NCBI GenBank assembly: GCA_963835065.1
Contig: CAWIEK010000049.1
Span: 288,001-352,000 of the forward strand
Direction of reading: 5' to 3'
DNA from: an uncultured Chthonomonadaceae bacterium
GTDB taxonomy: Bacteria > Armatimonadota > Chthonomonadetes > Chthonomonadales > Chthonomonadaceae
Length of the DNA stretch: 64,000 nucleotides
Shown: piece by piece, positions 42,846 to 56,346 of the stretch
Layout of the letters: each line of letters starts with the position of its first letter
How positions within the stretch are numbered: the stretch's first letter is position 1
Made by a program: the position numbers and the translations under genes
The notes under the pieces: generated by a model
Seen by the model: only the letters and a program-made list of their open reading frames with translations
Database searches by the model: none
Told to the model about the DNA's origin: nothing

Positions 42846-43601
42846 TCACATTCCCACCTGCGTGATGCGCCCGCCCGTCACCGGCAGATACGCGCCCGTC
42901 ACATACCCGGCCAGATCGCTCAGGAAGAACGCGCAGGCATTGCCGATCTCGTCCGCGCTGCCATGCCGCCGCAGGGGAATGGTTTTGGCGAAATTCTTAG
43001 ACCCTTCGCTTTCCGTATCCACCTTTTCATCCGCCATCCAGCCCGGCGCGACCATATTCACCGTGATATTGTCCGGCCCCAATTCACACGCGAGCGAACG
43101 CGACATACCGACCATCGCGCCCTTGCCCGCCATGTACACCGACCATTCCTGCGGAGCCATGTTCCACAACTCCGTCACGATGTTGACAATCCGCCCGCCG
43201 CCCTGCTCCTTGAAAACGGGCCGAACCGCCTGCGTCATGTGTACAATTGCTTTGCACCCAAAGTCGAAAGCCGTTCCGTAATCTTCCAGCGTAGCCTGCG
43301 CAAACGCGCCATGCTGCCGCCCCGCAATCGCATTGTTGACTACGCCATCCAGTCGTCCAAACCGCTCCCGGACCTCCTGCACCATCTGCGTCACTGCCTG
43401 CGCGTCCCGTACATCCGCGCCAAACGCCTGCGCCGTTCCGCCCGCCGCCCCGATTTCTTCCACCACCGCCTCAGCCTTGTCTCGGCTGCTCCCATAGTTC
43501 ACCGCCACACTTGCGCCCTCACGCGCCAACACCCGCGCAATCGCCGCCCCAATCCCACGCCCGCCGCCCGTCACCAACGCCACCCTGCCCTGCAACAACA
43601 T
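42846..43601 (-). CDS. SDR family oxidoreductase (FabG-like)
   Basis: TGGGRGIG, VNNA, YMAGK, VNMVAPG. Confidence 0.92.
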   Translation of the reverse strand: MLLQGRVALVTGGGRGIGAAIARVLAREGASVAVNYGSSRDKAEAVVEEIGAAGGTAQAFGADVRDAQAVTQMVQEVRERFGRLDGVVNNAIAGRQHGAFAQATLEDYGTAFDFGCKAIVHMTQAVRPVFKEQGGGRIVNIVTELWNMAPQEWSVYMAGKGAMVGMSRSLACELGPDNITVNMVAPGWMADEKVDTESEGSKNFAKTIPLRRHGSADEIGNACAFFLSDLAGYVTGAYLPVTGGRITQVGM

Positions 43602-43654
43602 GATCTCTCCTCCTTATTCTTAACCTAACCAACCGGACTTCTCCAACCATCCCC

Positions 43655-43690
43655 TAATATCTAATGCCTAATACCTAATGCCTAATGCCT
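43655..43690. repeat. CCTAAT(G/A) heptamer array
   Basis: cctaatatctaatgcctaatacctaatgcctaatgcct immediately after the mutL stop. Confidence 0.8.
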
Positions 43691-43694
43691 CCCC

Positions 43695-45794
43695 TCACGC
43701 CCGCTTAAACTGCTTATCCAGTTCGTGAAACGGGATCGTCACCACAATTGGCCGGCCATGTGGACACAGGTACGGATTTTCCGTTTCCGCGAGTTGCTCC
43801 AGCAGTCCCTCCATCTCCGCCATCTCCATCGGATCGCCCGCTTTCACCGCCAGTTTACAGGCATTGGTAATCGTCACATGCTCCTGTTGCACCAGCAAAC
43901 GCCGTGACACGGTTTGATTTACCAGTTCATCAATCATATCTCGCAGGATTTTCTCATAAGGCTTGTGCGCCAGCATCGCCGGAACCGAGCGCACCACAAA
44001 ACTATCCTTGCCGAACGCGGAAATCTCCCACCCTGCCCGCGTGAAACTATCGCAATGTTCCGCCAGCAATAGCGCTTCTCGCCGCCCCAAATTGATGGTA
44101 ATCGGAACTGCCAGATGCTGCACCGGGATACCGTTCGCAAAACGCTTCACCGTCAGCCGCTCATACAAAACCCGTTCATGGGCAACATGCTGATCAATCA
44201 CGGCAATACCATTGGGCGTCAGCGCGATAATGTACGTATTCCGCGCCTGCCCAAGTACGCGAAACTCTCGCAACTGTTCCGCAAAAGGCTTTGGAACGGG
44301 CGGCGCTTGCAAAGGCTCCTCATCGGAAGAAACGGTACATGGGGTCAGCACATTGGCAACAGCAATGAAGTCACGAGACTCCGTAGAAATCACTGACTCA
44401 GAGGACGCAGAAGATAATCCGGCATTGGTATCATTATCCTCGCTCCCTGCCGCGCCTGCAATCGTTTGCGTCGATTCGGCTTGCGCCTCTTCATTCCTTG
44501 CGCCTTCCGGCATAGACGACGGCAACGGCTGCGGTTCTCTGTCTGATGCAGCAGTATCTATATCGGCAGCGTTCGGAGGATAGGTTTCTGGCGCGGCATG
44601 GGAGGTTTCCAAAGGCGCGAACGCGCCAATAGCGGCGGCAAACGCGCTTGCCGCGTCATGGAAGGGCGAGGCCGTTGTCGCATTCGGCATTGTGGAAGCG
44701 GAACTGCCCGCAGCAGAAGCGCCTCCAAACCCAAAATTGGTCTGCGAGGAAACCGGCGCAACGGGATTCGTCACCGTAATCCGCGCCTGTGGCACGATGC
44801 CGTATGCCAGCAACGCCCCCTTCACTGCCTGACTCGCCGCATGATGCACTTCGCCGTCCCGCGTAAACTTTACTTCCGTTTTTGTCGGATGCACGTTGAC
44901 ATCCACCAGGTCGGGATGTATTTCCACAAACAACGCACCGATAGGATACCGGCTGTCAGGCGTCAGGGACCGAAATGCCTCTTCCATCGCGTGGCCGATA
45001 AGCCGACTTTTGATAGGCCGCCTATTCACAAAGAACAACTCATGGGAACGTCCGGGACGCGAAATATCCGGCGTGGCAACAAAGCCCGACACGTTCAATC
45101 CCGGCGACTTGTGCGCAATAGGAATTAACTTACGCGCCACTTCCCGCCCCCACACCGCCGCCAGCGCCGCCAACGGCTCCCCTGTTCCCGGCGTGGCAAA
45201 TATCTCCTGCGTCCCATGCCGCAGGCGAAACGCGATTCCCGGATACGCAATCGCAAGTTGCCCCACAATCTCCATTGTACGGGCTACTTCCGTTGGCGTA
45301 CTCTTCAAGAACTTCATACGTGCCGGCGTGTTGAAGAACAGTTCGCTGACTTCAATCGTTGTGCCGTTCCGCGCCGCTACGTCTTCCACGCTTTGTATGT
45401 CGCCTGCCTGCACAATCAAGCGCGTACCGCTTTCGTCCTCCGGCGGTTTGGTAGTGATCGTCAGACGTGATACCGAAGCAATGGAAGGCATCGCTTCGCC
45501 GCGAAAACCCAATGTTTTAATCGCAAACAGATCGTCTGCCGTTCGGATTTTACTCGTAGCATGGCGCTGTAAGGCAAGAATGGCATCCGAGCGCGTCATG
45601 CCGAAGCCGTTATCCGCCACGATCAAACTCTGCTTGCCCCCCTCTTCCAGCGCAATGACGATCTGCGTTGCCCCCGCGTCTATCGCATTCTCTACCAATT
45701 CCTTCACGGCGGAAGCAGGCCGTTCCACAACTTCGCCCGCCGCAATCTGATTAGCCGTATTTTCATCCAGCAGCACCACGCGATCTATTGCCAT
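43695..45794 (-). CDS. mutL: DNA mismatch repair endonuclease MutL
   Basis: NQIAAGEVVERP, GFRGEA, DVNVHPTK, DQHVAHER, ACK, CPHGRP. Confidence 0.98.
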   Translation of the reverse strand: MAIDRVVLLDENTANQIAAGEVVERPASAVKELVENAIDAGATQIVIALEEGGKQSLIVADNGFGMTRSDAILALQRHATSKIRTADDLFAIKTLGFRGEAMPSIASVSRLTITTKPPEDESGTRLIVQAGDIQSVEDVAARNGTTIEVSELFFNTPARMKFLKSTPTEVARTMEIVGQLAIAYPGIAFRLRHGTQEIFATPGTGEPLAALAAVWGREVARKLIPIAHKSPGLNVSGFVATPDISRPGRSHELFFVNRRPIKSRLIGHAMEEAFRSLTPDSRYPIGALFVEIHPDLVDVNVHPTKTEVKFTRDGEVHHAASQAVKGALLAYGIVPQARITVTNPVAPVSSQTNFGFGGASAAGSSASTMPNATTASPFHDAASAFAAAIGAFAPLETSHAAPETYPPNAADIDTAASDREPQPLPSSMPEGARNEEAQAESTQTIAGAAGSEDNDTNAGLSSASSESVISTESRDFIAVANVLTPCTVSSDEEPLQAPPVPKPFAEQLREFRVLGQARNTYIIALTPNGIAVIDQHVAHERVLYERLTVKRFANGIPVQHLAVPITINLGRREALLLAEHCDSFTRAGWEISAFGKDSFVVRSVPAMLAHKPYEKILRDMIDELVNQTVSRRLLVQQEHVTITNACKLAVKAGDPMEMAEMEGLLEQLAETENPYLCPHGRPIVVTIPFHELDKQFKRA

Positions 45795-46033
45795 AGCAAA
45801 CCCCATTCTTACCCATTGGCCGTAACTGGCAGAGTAATGCAGCCTAATTACAAGAACCGGCCTCTCAACACCCAACACCTAATACCCAACACCCACAAAC
45901 GAATAACGTAGACAGAAACTAACTACACCCTACAATAACCATACCCTAAATCCGCACATTTCGCATAGACCAACAGGAGAGTTGCTTAAGAACCTCTTCC
46001 TATCCTTACAGGAAAAGCCCAATTTTCACCGCA

Positions 46034-46141
46034 TAAAACGTCCGATAATGTAGTCGGCTCAGATCAGAAGAACAACATACCAATTTTTTGTGGAGCGCGT
46101 ACGCGCTCCACAAAAAATTGCGGGCCGCGACGCGGCCCGCA
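46034..46141. repeat. Composite palindromic element, copy 2
   Basis: TAAAACGTCCGATAAT (46034-46049), perfect 40-bp palindrome (46081-46120), and an 11-bp-arm GC hairpin (46119-46141). Confidence 0.9.
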
Positions 46142-46167
46142 CATTCACACTCGGCTAACAGAATACA

Positions 46168-46539
46168 TCACAACAACGATTCGCACAGAATGGTATCCTC
46201 ATCCGTGTACGCGGGAACACAGCAGCACAGAAATACTAGGGGTTCCTGCCCCGTATTCCGTATCTGATGCCGCTTTCCCGCAGGAATACAGATGCCATCC
46301 CCTACAGTCACCGAACGCTGTTCCGCTTCAATTGCCATCACGCCACTTCCATGCAGGATGTAATACAGCTCCTCCGTATTAGGGTGCGAATGTGCCTGCG
46401 TAGTCGCGCCGGCCTCTATTGTCGCTTCGGCAAGACTCTGGCGCTGCGTTTCTGAATTACGCGGCGCCAGTATCTCCCGAATAATCGAGGTATCTTTGGT
46501 CGTAAACGCATGTACTTCATTGCGATTTACAACATCCAT
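46168..46539 (-). CDS. Cupin domain protein
   Basis: HSHPNTEELYYIL and IPAGKRHQIRN motifs. Confidence 0.9.
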   Translation of the reverse strand: MDVVNRNEVHAFTTKDTSIIREILAPRNSETQRQSLAEATIEAGATTQAHSHPNTEELYYILHGSGVMAIEAEQRSVTVGDGICIPAGKRHQIRNTGQEPLVFLCCCVPAYTDEDTILCESLL

Positions 46540-46564
46540 GCGTGTTCTTCCTATCGCTTCTTCT

Positions 46565-47854
46565 CTATCGCTTCTTCTGCAACGCGGCTTCTATTTCCTG
46601 CTGCAGCCCCTGCCCGCGCAGTGAGTTGCCCATCGCCAGAATCTTGCCCGTATTCCCATCAACCAGAAACGCATGGGGAATGGAATTCACGTTGAACAAC
46701 TGCGCGATTTCCGCCTTCCAGAACCCGCCATCATAGACCTCCGGCCAAGCCATTCCCTTTTGGAATACGAATTGGCCCAGCGCCTGTTTTTTGTTCGCTT
46801 GATCCAGGCTGATGCCCAGAATGTCAAAACCGGCGGTATGATACTGGTTGTAGGCCGCAACGATGTTCGGAATCTCTTCCAGGCAGGGCGGGCACCACAT
46901 CGCCCAGAAATCCAGCAATACCACTTTCCCCTTGTAGTCATCCGGGAAACTGACGGGCTTGCCATCCACTGTCACCGTCTCGAAGTCCAGAATCTCCACG
47001 CCCACTTTCATATCGGCGGCGGTCAGGGTGCTTCCGGCGCTCTTGCCCGACTTCTTCAGTGTTACCAGCGTACCCCGCGCGTCAATCTGCGCCACTTCGT
47101 AGGTCGCGCCGCTCAATCGGAACGGCTTGCCGGCGTCGAAGGTTTCTTTCTCATCGAACCTGCCGTCGCCATTGCGGTCTATAAACAGCGTTACTCGCGC
47201 AGATTCGCCTTCCTCATGCTGAAATTCGTTGAACTTGCCGTTCACGCCCTGATCCACCAGCGCCATCTTGTACGCCCGGCTGCCGATAGTCAGCGTTCCG
47301 ACCCGCGCATACTCCCGATTGTAGGTTACGTCCGTCCCGCTGACCCCAAACGACAGCGTACTCGGCACAGACCCCGCTCGTCCCGGAATGTCATAATGCG
47401 CGACAACCGGCACTGTGGCAGCCCAGCCATTTGTATCTGCAGACGCGCTGGCAACGCTCACCGTTTTCGCTCCGGCTTTGAGCGCGGGCTTTGCCACGAT
47501 CAAGGTTACAGGCGCATCATCCGTCAGATCGCCGTTGCCGTTGGCATCCACGTACAGGCTTGGGCGCGAAGTCTGCCCGTCCGTGTCAAGAACAACAATG
47601 ATTTTGTTGTTCTTGGCATTGCCCAATGTCACCGTGCCATACTTAGGCTGGTACTTGTAGCGCGGCTCTTTGACCAATCCGGCAGGCTTTTCCGCGCTGA
47701 GTGTCAGTTTTTGCGCCGCCATTGCGTGCAGGCCACCCGTCGCATAGGGTTCCAGAGTGCCCACAACCACATCTTTCGCCAGTGCCTGTGTTGTGAGGGA
47801 GGCCAAACCCAATCCCACAACGGCGCACAACCCTTTAAGGGATGATTTCAACAT
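46565..47854 (-). CDS. Secreted protein with a C-terminal TlpA-like thioredoxin domain
   Basis: Signal peptide; DxNGxG Ca-binding-like loops; LLDFWAMWCPPC, SIPHAFLVD. Confidence 0.88.
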   Translation of the reverse strand: MLKSSLKGLCAVVGLGLASLTTQALAKDVVVGTLEPYATGGLHAMAAQKLTLSAEKPAGLVKEPRYKYQPKYGTVTLGNAKNNKIIVVLDTDGQTSRPSLYVDANGNGDLTDDAPVTLIVAKPALKAGAKTVSVASASADTNGWAATVPVVAHYDIPGRAGSVPSTLSFGVSGTDVTYNREYARVGTLTIGSRAYKMALVDQGVNGKFNEFQHEEGESARVTLFIDRNGDGRFDEKETFDAGKPFRLSGATYEVAQIDARGTLVTLKKSGKSAGSTLTAADMKVGVEILDFETVTVDGKPVSFPDDYKGKVVLLDFWAMWCPPCLEEIPNIVAAYNQYHTAGFDILGISLDQANKKQALGQFVFQKGMAWPEVYDGGFWKAEIAQLFNVNSIPHAFLVDGNTGKILAMGNSLRGQGLQQEIEAALQKKR

Positions 47855-47949
47855 CAGAATAGTCCTCCACGAAACGATTACAGGAGATAATGAGTGTATG
47901 CCTTTCGGCGCTTACCGACATAATGGCACATTAGAACCCGAAAAATCAA

Positions 47950-49275
47950 CTAATGCGCGCGAATGATAGCAGGTTTATTTTTCTCCTGCACCCGCTCCGG
48001 CAGCATTTTAATCAAAATCTCCTGCGCCTGCGCCATCTGCGCGTCTTGGCTTGTGTACGGAAACTTCGCCGTTACAAGCACATCCGGCATCACGCCATTT
48101 TGCTCCAGACGCTTCCCATCCACTTTCAAGCCCACTTCAGCCAGTTCCAGCAAGCCGTCCTCTCCAATTTTCACAAACCCCGCGCCCAGAAACGCCCCTG
48201 CGGTTTGCGTTCCCACAAGCGTAGCCCGATGGGATGTTTTCATCTGGTACGACAGAAACTCTTTTGCGCTGCGCGTTCCCTCATTAATCAGCGCCACTAT
48301 CGGCTTTCCATACCCCGTATGCTGAACCGTGCTTGGGCGATTGGAATACTGTGTTTCCCAATCCACATCAGGCCGGCTGAATACATCCATATAACCAAAC
48401 GGATGTCCGCCATAGCCGTCACGCAAATCTAAAATCAGCCCGTCCGTGTCATGCAGTTTCGTCAGCATCAAATTATCAAGCAGATTCTTGAACTCGTCAT
48501 TTGCCATCGTCCACAAATGCACGTACCCGATCCGCCTGTTCCCCACTTCAATAATCCGTGCGCTTGCCCGCGTAGCCGCAAGGTACGAACGCACCACATT
48601 CTCTTTCACGGGAACGATGCTGACCGTCCGATCTTTGTCTTCCCCGTCCCGCCGGAACTTCACCTGAACGCCTACGTTTTCTTTGCCGCGAAACGGGCCT
48701 GCCGACCGAAACGGTTTTCCATCTGCCGTAAGCAAGCGATCCCCAGCCAGCAGTCCCGCTTTAGCAGCCGGGCCACCATCCAAAACCGCATGAACGATGT
48801 ATTCCTTGTCCTTCTGCTCACCCATAACGCCGATATGCGCCACGTGATAGTGTTCCATATCCTGCTCGCCAACAGCGTTCATCATATAAAACTCGGCTTC
48901 ATCGTTAGTCACATACGCCGTGTGCGAAGCATGCAGTTCTTCCAGCATCTTGTTCATCAACGCCGCAAACTGCGATCTATCCTTCACAAACGCCAACTCC
49001 CGATGATACCGTGCTGTCACCTTGTTCCAATCCACGCCGTTCAGTTTCGGATCGTAAAATCCCCTTTGAACAGCAGCCTTTATCTTTAAAAACTCTTGCT
49101 CGTAAGCAGAGTTTCCAACAGGCGTACTCCCATCCCCATCGCCATTCCGCCGAACCCGATGGACAGGCATTTGCGTTCTTTGTGCTTGTGCCGGTGCCGG
49201 CACTGACACAAAACTGCCTGTCACCGCTCCAACCAGCAACAGAAGTATTCCCTTTATGTTCCATATCTTCATCAA
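47950..49275 (-). CDS. S41 family peptidase with PDZ domain
   Basis: LHASHT, PDZ (GPAAKAGL.GD), LILDLRDGYGG, SAKE, GVMPDV. Confidence 0.9.
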   Translation of the reverse strand: MMKIWNIKGILLLLVGAVTGSFVSVPAPAQAQRTQMPVHRVRRNGDGDGSTPVGNSAYEQEFLKIKAAVQRGFYDPKLNGVDWNKVTARYHRELAFVKDRSQFAALMNKMLEELHASHTAYVTNDEAEFYMMNAVGEQDMEHYHVAHIGVMGEQKDKEYIVHAVLDGGPAAKAGLLAGDRLLTADGKPFRSAGPFRGKENVGVQVKFRRDGEDKDRTVSIVPVKENVVRSYLAATRASARIIEVGNRRIGYVHLWTMANDEFKNLLDNLMLTKLHDTDGLILDLRDGYGGHPFGYMDVFSRPDVDWETQYSNRPSTVQHTGYGKPIVALINEGTRSAKEFLSYQMKTSHRATLVGTQTAGAFLGAGFVKIGEDGLLELAEVGLKVDGKRLEQNGVMPDVLVTAKFPYTSQDAQMAQAQEILIKMLPERVQEKNKPAIIRAH

Positions 49276-49418
49276 TTTGGATTCGTAGCTCCTTCATCAT
49301 CTGCGTACACAATACTTTTAGACCGTTCACTACAGAAAACGTTTTGGTATTTTCACTATTGGTATTTTCGCTTCCAAACTAACCATGTAAGCGAACAGAG
49401 CCGTTCCAACGCAGTTCC

Positions 49419-49465
49419 AAACAGAACAAAGGCTTGCACCGCATCTTTGCGATCCAAGCCTTTGT
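49419..49465 (-). terminator. Intrinsic terminator downstream of 5S rRNA
   Basis: ACAAAGGCTTG/CAAGCCTTTGT stem followed by TCTGTTT on the minus strand. Confidence 0.6.
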
Positions 49466-49473
49466 CATCTATA

Positions 49474-49591
49474 TTCTGGCGGCGACCTATTTTCCCAGGA
49501 AGTTCCCCCCCAAGTATCGTCGGCGCAACTGGCTTTCACGACCGTGTTCGGGATGGGAACGGGTGGGACACCAACGCTATGACCACCAGAA
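49474..49591 (-). rRNA. rrf: 5S ribosomal RNA
   Basis: Minus strand CTGGTGGTCATAGC...CCCGTTCCCATCCCGAACACGG...AATAGGTCGCCGCCAG. Confidence 0.95.
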
Positions 49592-50078
49592 ACCGGTGCG
49601 CTCTCCCCAATTACCTGCACGAGAGAGCGAAAGTTTCTGCACCTGCGTTTACAGGTGAGCGCCTGCTGGCAAGAACATTGCTGCTCTGCACACAGGCAAA
49701 ATCTGTTTACAACGGAACGTTCTTCCCGCCAAGACAACCTGCGTTGTCCTGCCGGGAAGAACCGAAGTGTGTGTCGGATGCGAGTAGTCTGCGTTTGTAC
49801 CGCCATGTACGGTTTGTACGGTGCGGACACAACATTGTCTGTTCTACTGAACCTAGTCTGTTGTGTCGTTGCTGCACATGAACCTTACAGTTGCGCGGTG
49901 TTGTCTTTCTTTCTTTCAGCGCGGCTTTGTCCGTGCTTGCTTCCTCATCGCACACGCTTGTTTGTCGCTTCGTGTCTGCGTTTCCTGCCGTTGCTCTTCC
50001 TCTCTCTTTTACAGAGGGGATGAACGCCGGGAGGACGGCAACTTCCTCACGCCTTACAACCGCGTTTCTTGAGAACAC

Positions 50079-53306
<3,228 letters not shown>

Positions 53307-53922
53307 CCCTGTACTCGCAACAAACGCGCTTGCAACACAACGCAGAACCACAACCACCTCAGATACTTGCGTACCAAAAGCAGAGCAACCCTGCACCGCC
53401 CATGAAGACGCTGCCGCCCACCCCGCGTCCCGACCCACAACACACGCCGCGCCTCTGCCCACAAGGAACAGAAGAAACGAACACGCATTAGTGGAAGAAC
53501 ACAGAAAGAAGAGGCAACACCTACACACGCCACAAACACACCTGCCTGAGAACAGAAGCACTACACGCACAAACCTGCGCTTCTCACAACAACCGTCTAA
53601 CTGTATCTTCATGCACAGTGCTGCGCCAAAAGGCACAACCCTGCGCACTTCCGTTCAAGCGCGCGCACCTACAAACTCGTTACATACGCTTCTACAAACA
53701 CACACTAACTCGCTCTTACCACCTACGGCTGCTTCCTGCTGCTCCCAACACGCCAAGACCATAAGCCAACTCACACTCGCAAGCCAACTTACTTTCGTAA
53801 GCGAACCTACCCCGGCAAGAAAACTCACAACCCCGACCTGCCAAAAACAACAAGCGGAAATCATCACGCAAGCGCAAGATGCGGCATTTACCCCTGCATC
53901 TCTCTACACACTTCATTATTCC

Positions 53923-53936
53923 GTTGTAAAAGAGCA
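53923..53936 (-). promoter_or_regulatory. boxA antitermination element of the rRNA leader
   Basis: Minus strand TGCTCTTTTACAAC versus E. coli rrn boxA TGCTCTTTAACA. Confidence 0.75.
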
Positions 53937-53988
53937 ACAGACTGCATCAATAGCTCGATGTTTGTCTGTATATCACGATGTCCTTAGT

Positions 53989-54017
53989 AGTATACACCAT
54001 GATTTTCTCGCTGTCAA
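53989..54017 (-). promoter_or_regulatory. rRNA promoter P2
   Basis: TTGACA-17 bp-TATACT. Confidence 0.85.
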
Positions 54018-54109
54018 GACCGGCTTTCAAACTTTAGTTTTGCAGCCTTCAACACCCTGCATGACGCTTTATGTCAGTGGAATGTTGTCTCTTCAAGCGG
54101 AAGTGTAAT

Positions 54110-54138
54110 AATATACTTCAGCCCCTTCCATTTGTCAA
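54110..54138 (-). promoter_or_regulatory. rRNA promoter P1
   Basis: TTGACA-17 bp-TATATT, 121 bp upstream of P2. Confidence 0.8.
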
Positions 54139-54263
54139 GGGCAGTGTGCAAAAAAACTACTCTGGCCTGCAACTTTACCGTCGAACATACTGTCCAAGCG
54201 TTGAAAATTATCCTCTGCCTCCGCGCGTAACAGGCCAGTATAGACGGCTCGTTCACGACTCGG

Positions 54264-55247
54264 CTATTCAAAAGGCGTATAGGGGACATCAGGTTGCCCC
54301 GACAGCCCGCCCCGTTTCTTTTTCTTCACCGGCGGCAGTTCCACCGATGGCTTCTGGCATTGTGGACAAAAGTAGATGATCCGCTCCTTTTCCTCGCCAT
54401 CCTCGGATTCGTCCTGTTGCCGCGTCACCTGCCGCTTCTGCCGTATGGTTGTGCCGCAGATAAGGCACGGCAGATTGGTGCGCCGAAACACGTAATGCCG
54501 CGTTCCGTAATCTCGTCCCGGCACGTAAACCAGCGTTTCATCCTCGCGCATTCGGTCACGCAGTTCGTCCGGCACGGTTGCCCCGCCCTCCACATACGCC
54601 CGCCGCGCCATTTTCACGATGCTGTCGCACAGGCACTGCAGTTCGTCGGCATCCAGTTCATTCACTATCCGCCAGGGGTCCATGCGGCAGTCAAATAGAA
54701 TTTCCGCCCGCAGGTAATTGCCGATGCCTGCCAAAACCTGCTGATTGAGCAGCACGGCTCCAATCGCATGTTGCGCATGTTCGGGAGAGCGCAGACGATA
54801 CAAAAATTCGGCAGAATCAAACTCGCCGTCCTCCGGGTACGGCAGCGTGTCCGGTCCCAAAGCGGCTAAATACGGATTCACTTCACGCGCATCACCCTGC
54901 CCCACCTCAAACACCGGCGCGGAAAACAAAATCGCCGCCGCATCCGCAACCGTAATCCGCGCCCGTTCCCGCCGATTTGTTTCCAAAATCGGCAATTCCG
55001 TCACGATCTGCCAACGCCCCCACATCATCAAATGCGAGTAAAAGAAATATCCGCCCTCGATCTCGCCAACAAGGTTCTTGCCGTGCGCCCAAATACGCCC
55101 TATTCGCCGCCCCTCCAATACGCCTTCATGCGCCAACACCCACGCCTTTGCCGCTTTCGTCCGCGCCGTCAGACAAACCAATGGCTTACCCGTCAACGCC
55201 GCGCCCAGCATATCCGCATACCGTCTCACTTCCGGTCCTTCCGGCAT
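54264..55247 (-). CDS. Fpg/Nei family DNA glycosylase (endonuclease VIII-like)
   Basis: MPEGPEV N-terminus, HGKNL, H2TH LAGIGNYLRAE, zinc finger CLIC...CPQCQ. Confidence 0.93.
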   Translation of the reverse strand: MPEGPEVRRYADMLGAALTGKPLVCLTARTKAAKAWVLAHEGVLEGRRIGRIWAHGKNLVGEIEGGYFFYSHLMMWGRWQIVTELPILETNRRERARITVADAAAILFSAPVFEVGQGDAREVNPYLAALGPDTLPYPEDGEFDSAEFLYRLRSPEHAQHAIGAVLLNQQVLAGIGNYLRAEILFDCRMDPWRIVNELDADELQCLCDSIVKMARRAYVEGGATVPDELRDRMREDETLVYVPGRDYGTRHYVFRRTNLPCLICGTTIRQKRQVTRQQDESEDGEEKERIIYFCPQCQKPSVELPPVKKKKRGGLSGQPDVPYTPFE

Positions 55248-55308
55248 CTACCAATTCTCCATTCCGCGCTCCCGCTATCCAACTCGGTTTCCTGACAAAC
55301 CACAAATT

Positions 55309-55356
55309 CCCATCAATCCTGTTAATCCTAATAATCCTCTTAATCCTGTCTATTCT
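55309..55356. repeat. AATCCTnnn nonamer array
   Basis: aatcctgtt-aatcctaat-aatcctctt-aatcctgtc, intergenic. Confidence 0.75.
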
Positions 55357-55424
55357 TCTCTATTCTGGATTGCCTTATCTTCATCTGTCACCATAAGCAG
55401 ACAGACATTTCTACTATCTACTGT

Positions 55425-56205
55425 CTACTTCCTTCGGCTTTGTCCGAACGGGCAAATATCCAGTACCACGCAGCGCCCGCAATCCGGGTTAAAATGATAG
55501 CAGCAGCGCTGTCCGTGCAGCATCAGGGACTCATGGTTGTCGTACACCGTTTGCGCATCCCAATCCGTTTGGCAACTGCGCTTCCAAAATAGCGTGGGCG
55601 GGGCCAACATCCACGCTTGCCGGCAGCAACCCCAACCGTACCGCCACCCGATGATGGTGACTGTCAACCGGCAGCGCAGGACGGCGCAGGCGGCTGAACA
55701 GCAGCACCGCCGCGCTTGTTTTCGGCCCCACGCCCGGCAGCAATTCGAGCCAAGCCCGCGCTTCGGGAACCGGCAAGTCGGCCAGAAAATCCAGTGATAA
55801 CTCTCCATCGCGCTTTTCTCCAATCAAGCGCAAAATCTGCTGCAAGCGCGGCGCTTTCTGCTCCGGCCAGGTACACGCAACTATAGCGTTTTCAACTTCT
55901 GCAATTGGCGCGTCCCGCACCATTGCCCAATCCGCAAACCGGGCGCGAAGTTGCCGAAACGCCTTACCAGAATCCGCATTCTTCGTCCGGTGTGACAGCA
56001 GCGAGGAAACCAATTCGCTCATCGGATCCAATTCGTGAAAGTAGGGTATCGGGCAGCCATACTCGCAGCACAGCCGCTCATGTACCAGCAATGCCTTTGC
56101 TTTTACTTCCGGCGAAAGTGGATCGAACGCCAACGTTTGCGCCTTTGCCGTTCGAGTCTTGGCGGACTGTGTTTTACTTTTTGGTTCTGCAGTTGTTTCT
56201 TCCAC
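55425..56205 (-). CDS. Endonuclease III (HhH-GPD, Fe-S) with a frameshift near 55568
   Basis: LLSHRT, LPGVGPKT, PVDSH; the Fe-S motif CCYHFNPDCGRCVVLDIC lies in a second frame after CCAAAC. Confidence 0.85.
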
Positions 56206-56250
56206 GCTGTTTTCCCAACCAGAGCGCGGCGTAAATTGCTTTACCCCGCC

Positions 56251-56295
56251 AAAAATAAACGCTCCGTTTTTCCTCTTCTACGGAAAAACGGAGCG
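56251..56295 (-). terminator. Intrinsic terminator
   Basis: 14-bp stem CGCTCCGTTTTTCC/GGAAAAACGGAGCG followed by TTTATTTTT on the minus strand. Confidence 0.7.
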
Positions 56296-56346
56296 GACAT
56301 TCGCAACAGCCCACTTTATATTATCGAACACTGATAAAAGATTACG

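Noticed and set aside
46673..47845. Long antisense ORFs (also 61354-62661, 17736-18635, 20643-21734 and others)
   Set aside because: Shadow frames of well-supported genes in GC-rich DNA, with no motifs.
53307..53980. tRNA or 16S remnant in the rRNA leader
   Set aside because: No GTTCRA T-loop, cloverleaf or anti-Shine-Dalgarno GATCACCTCC motif found by eye.
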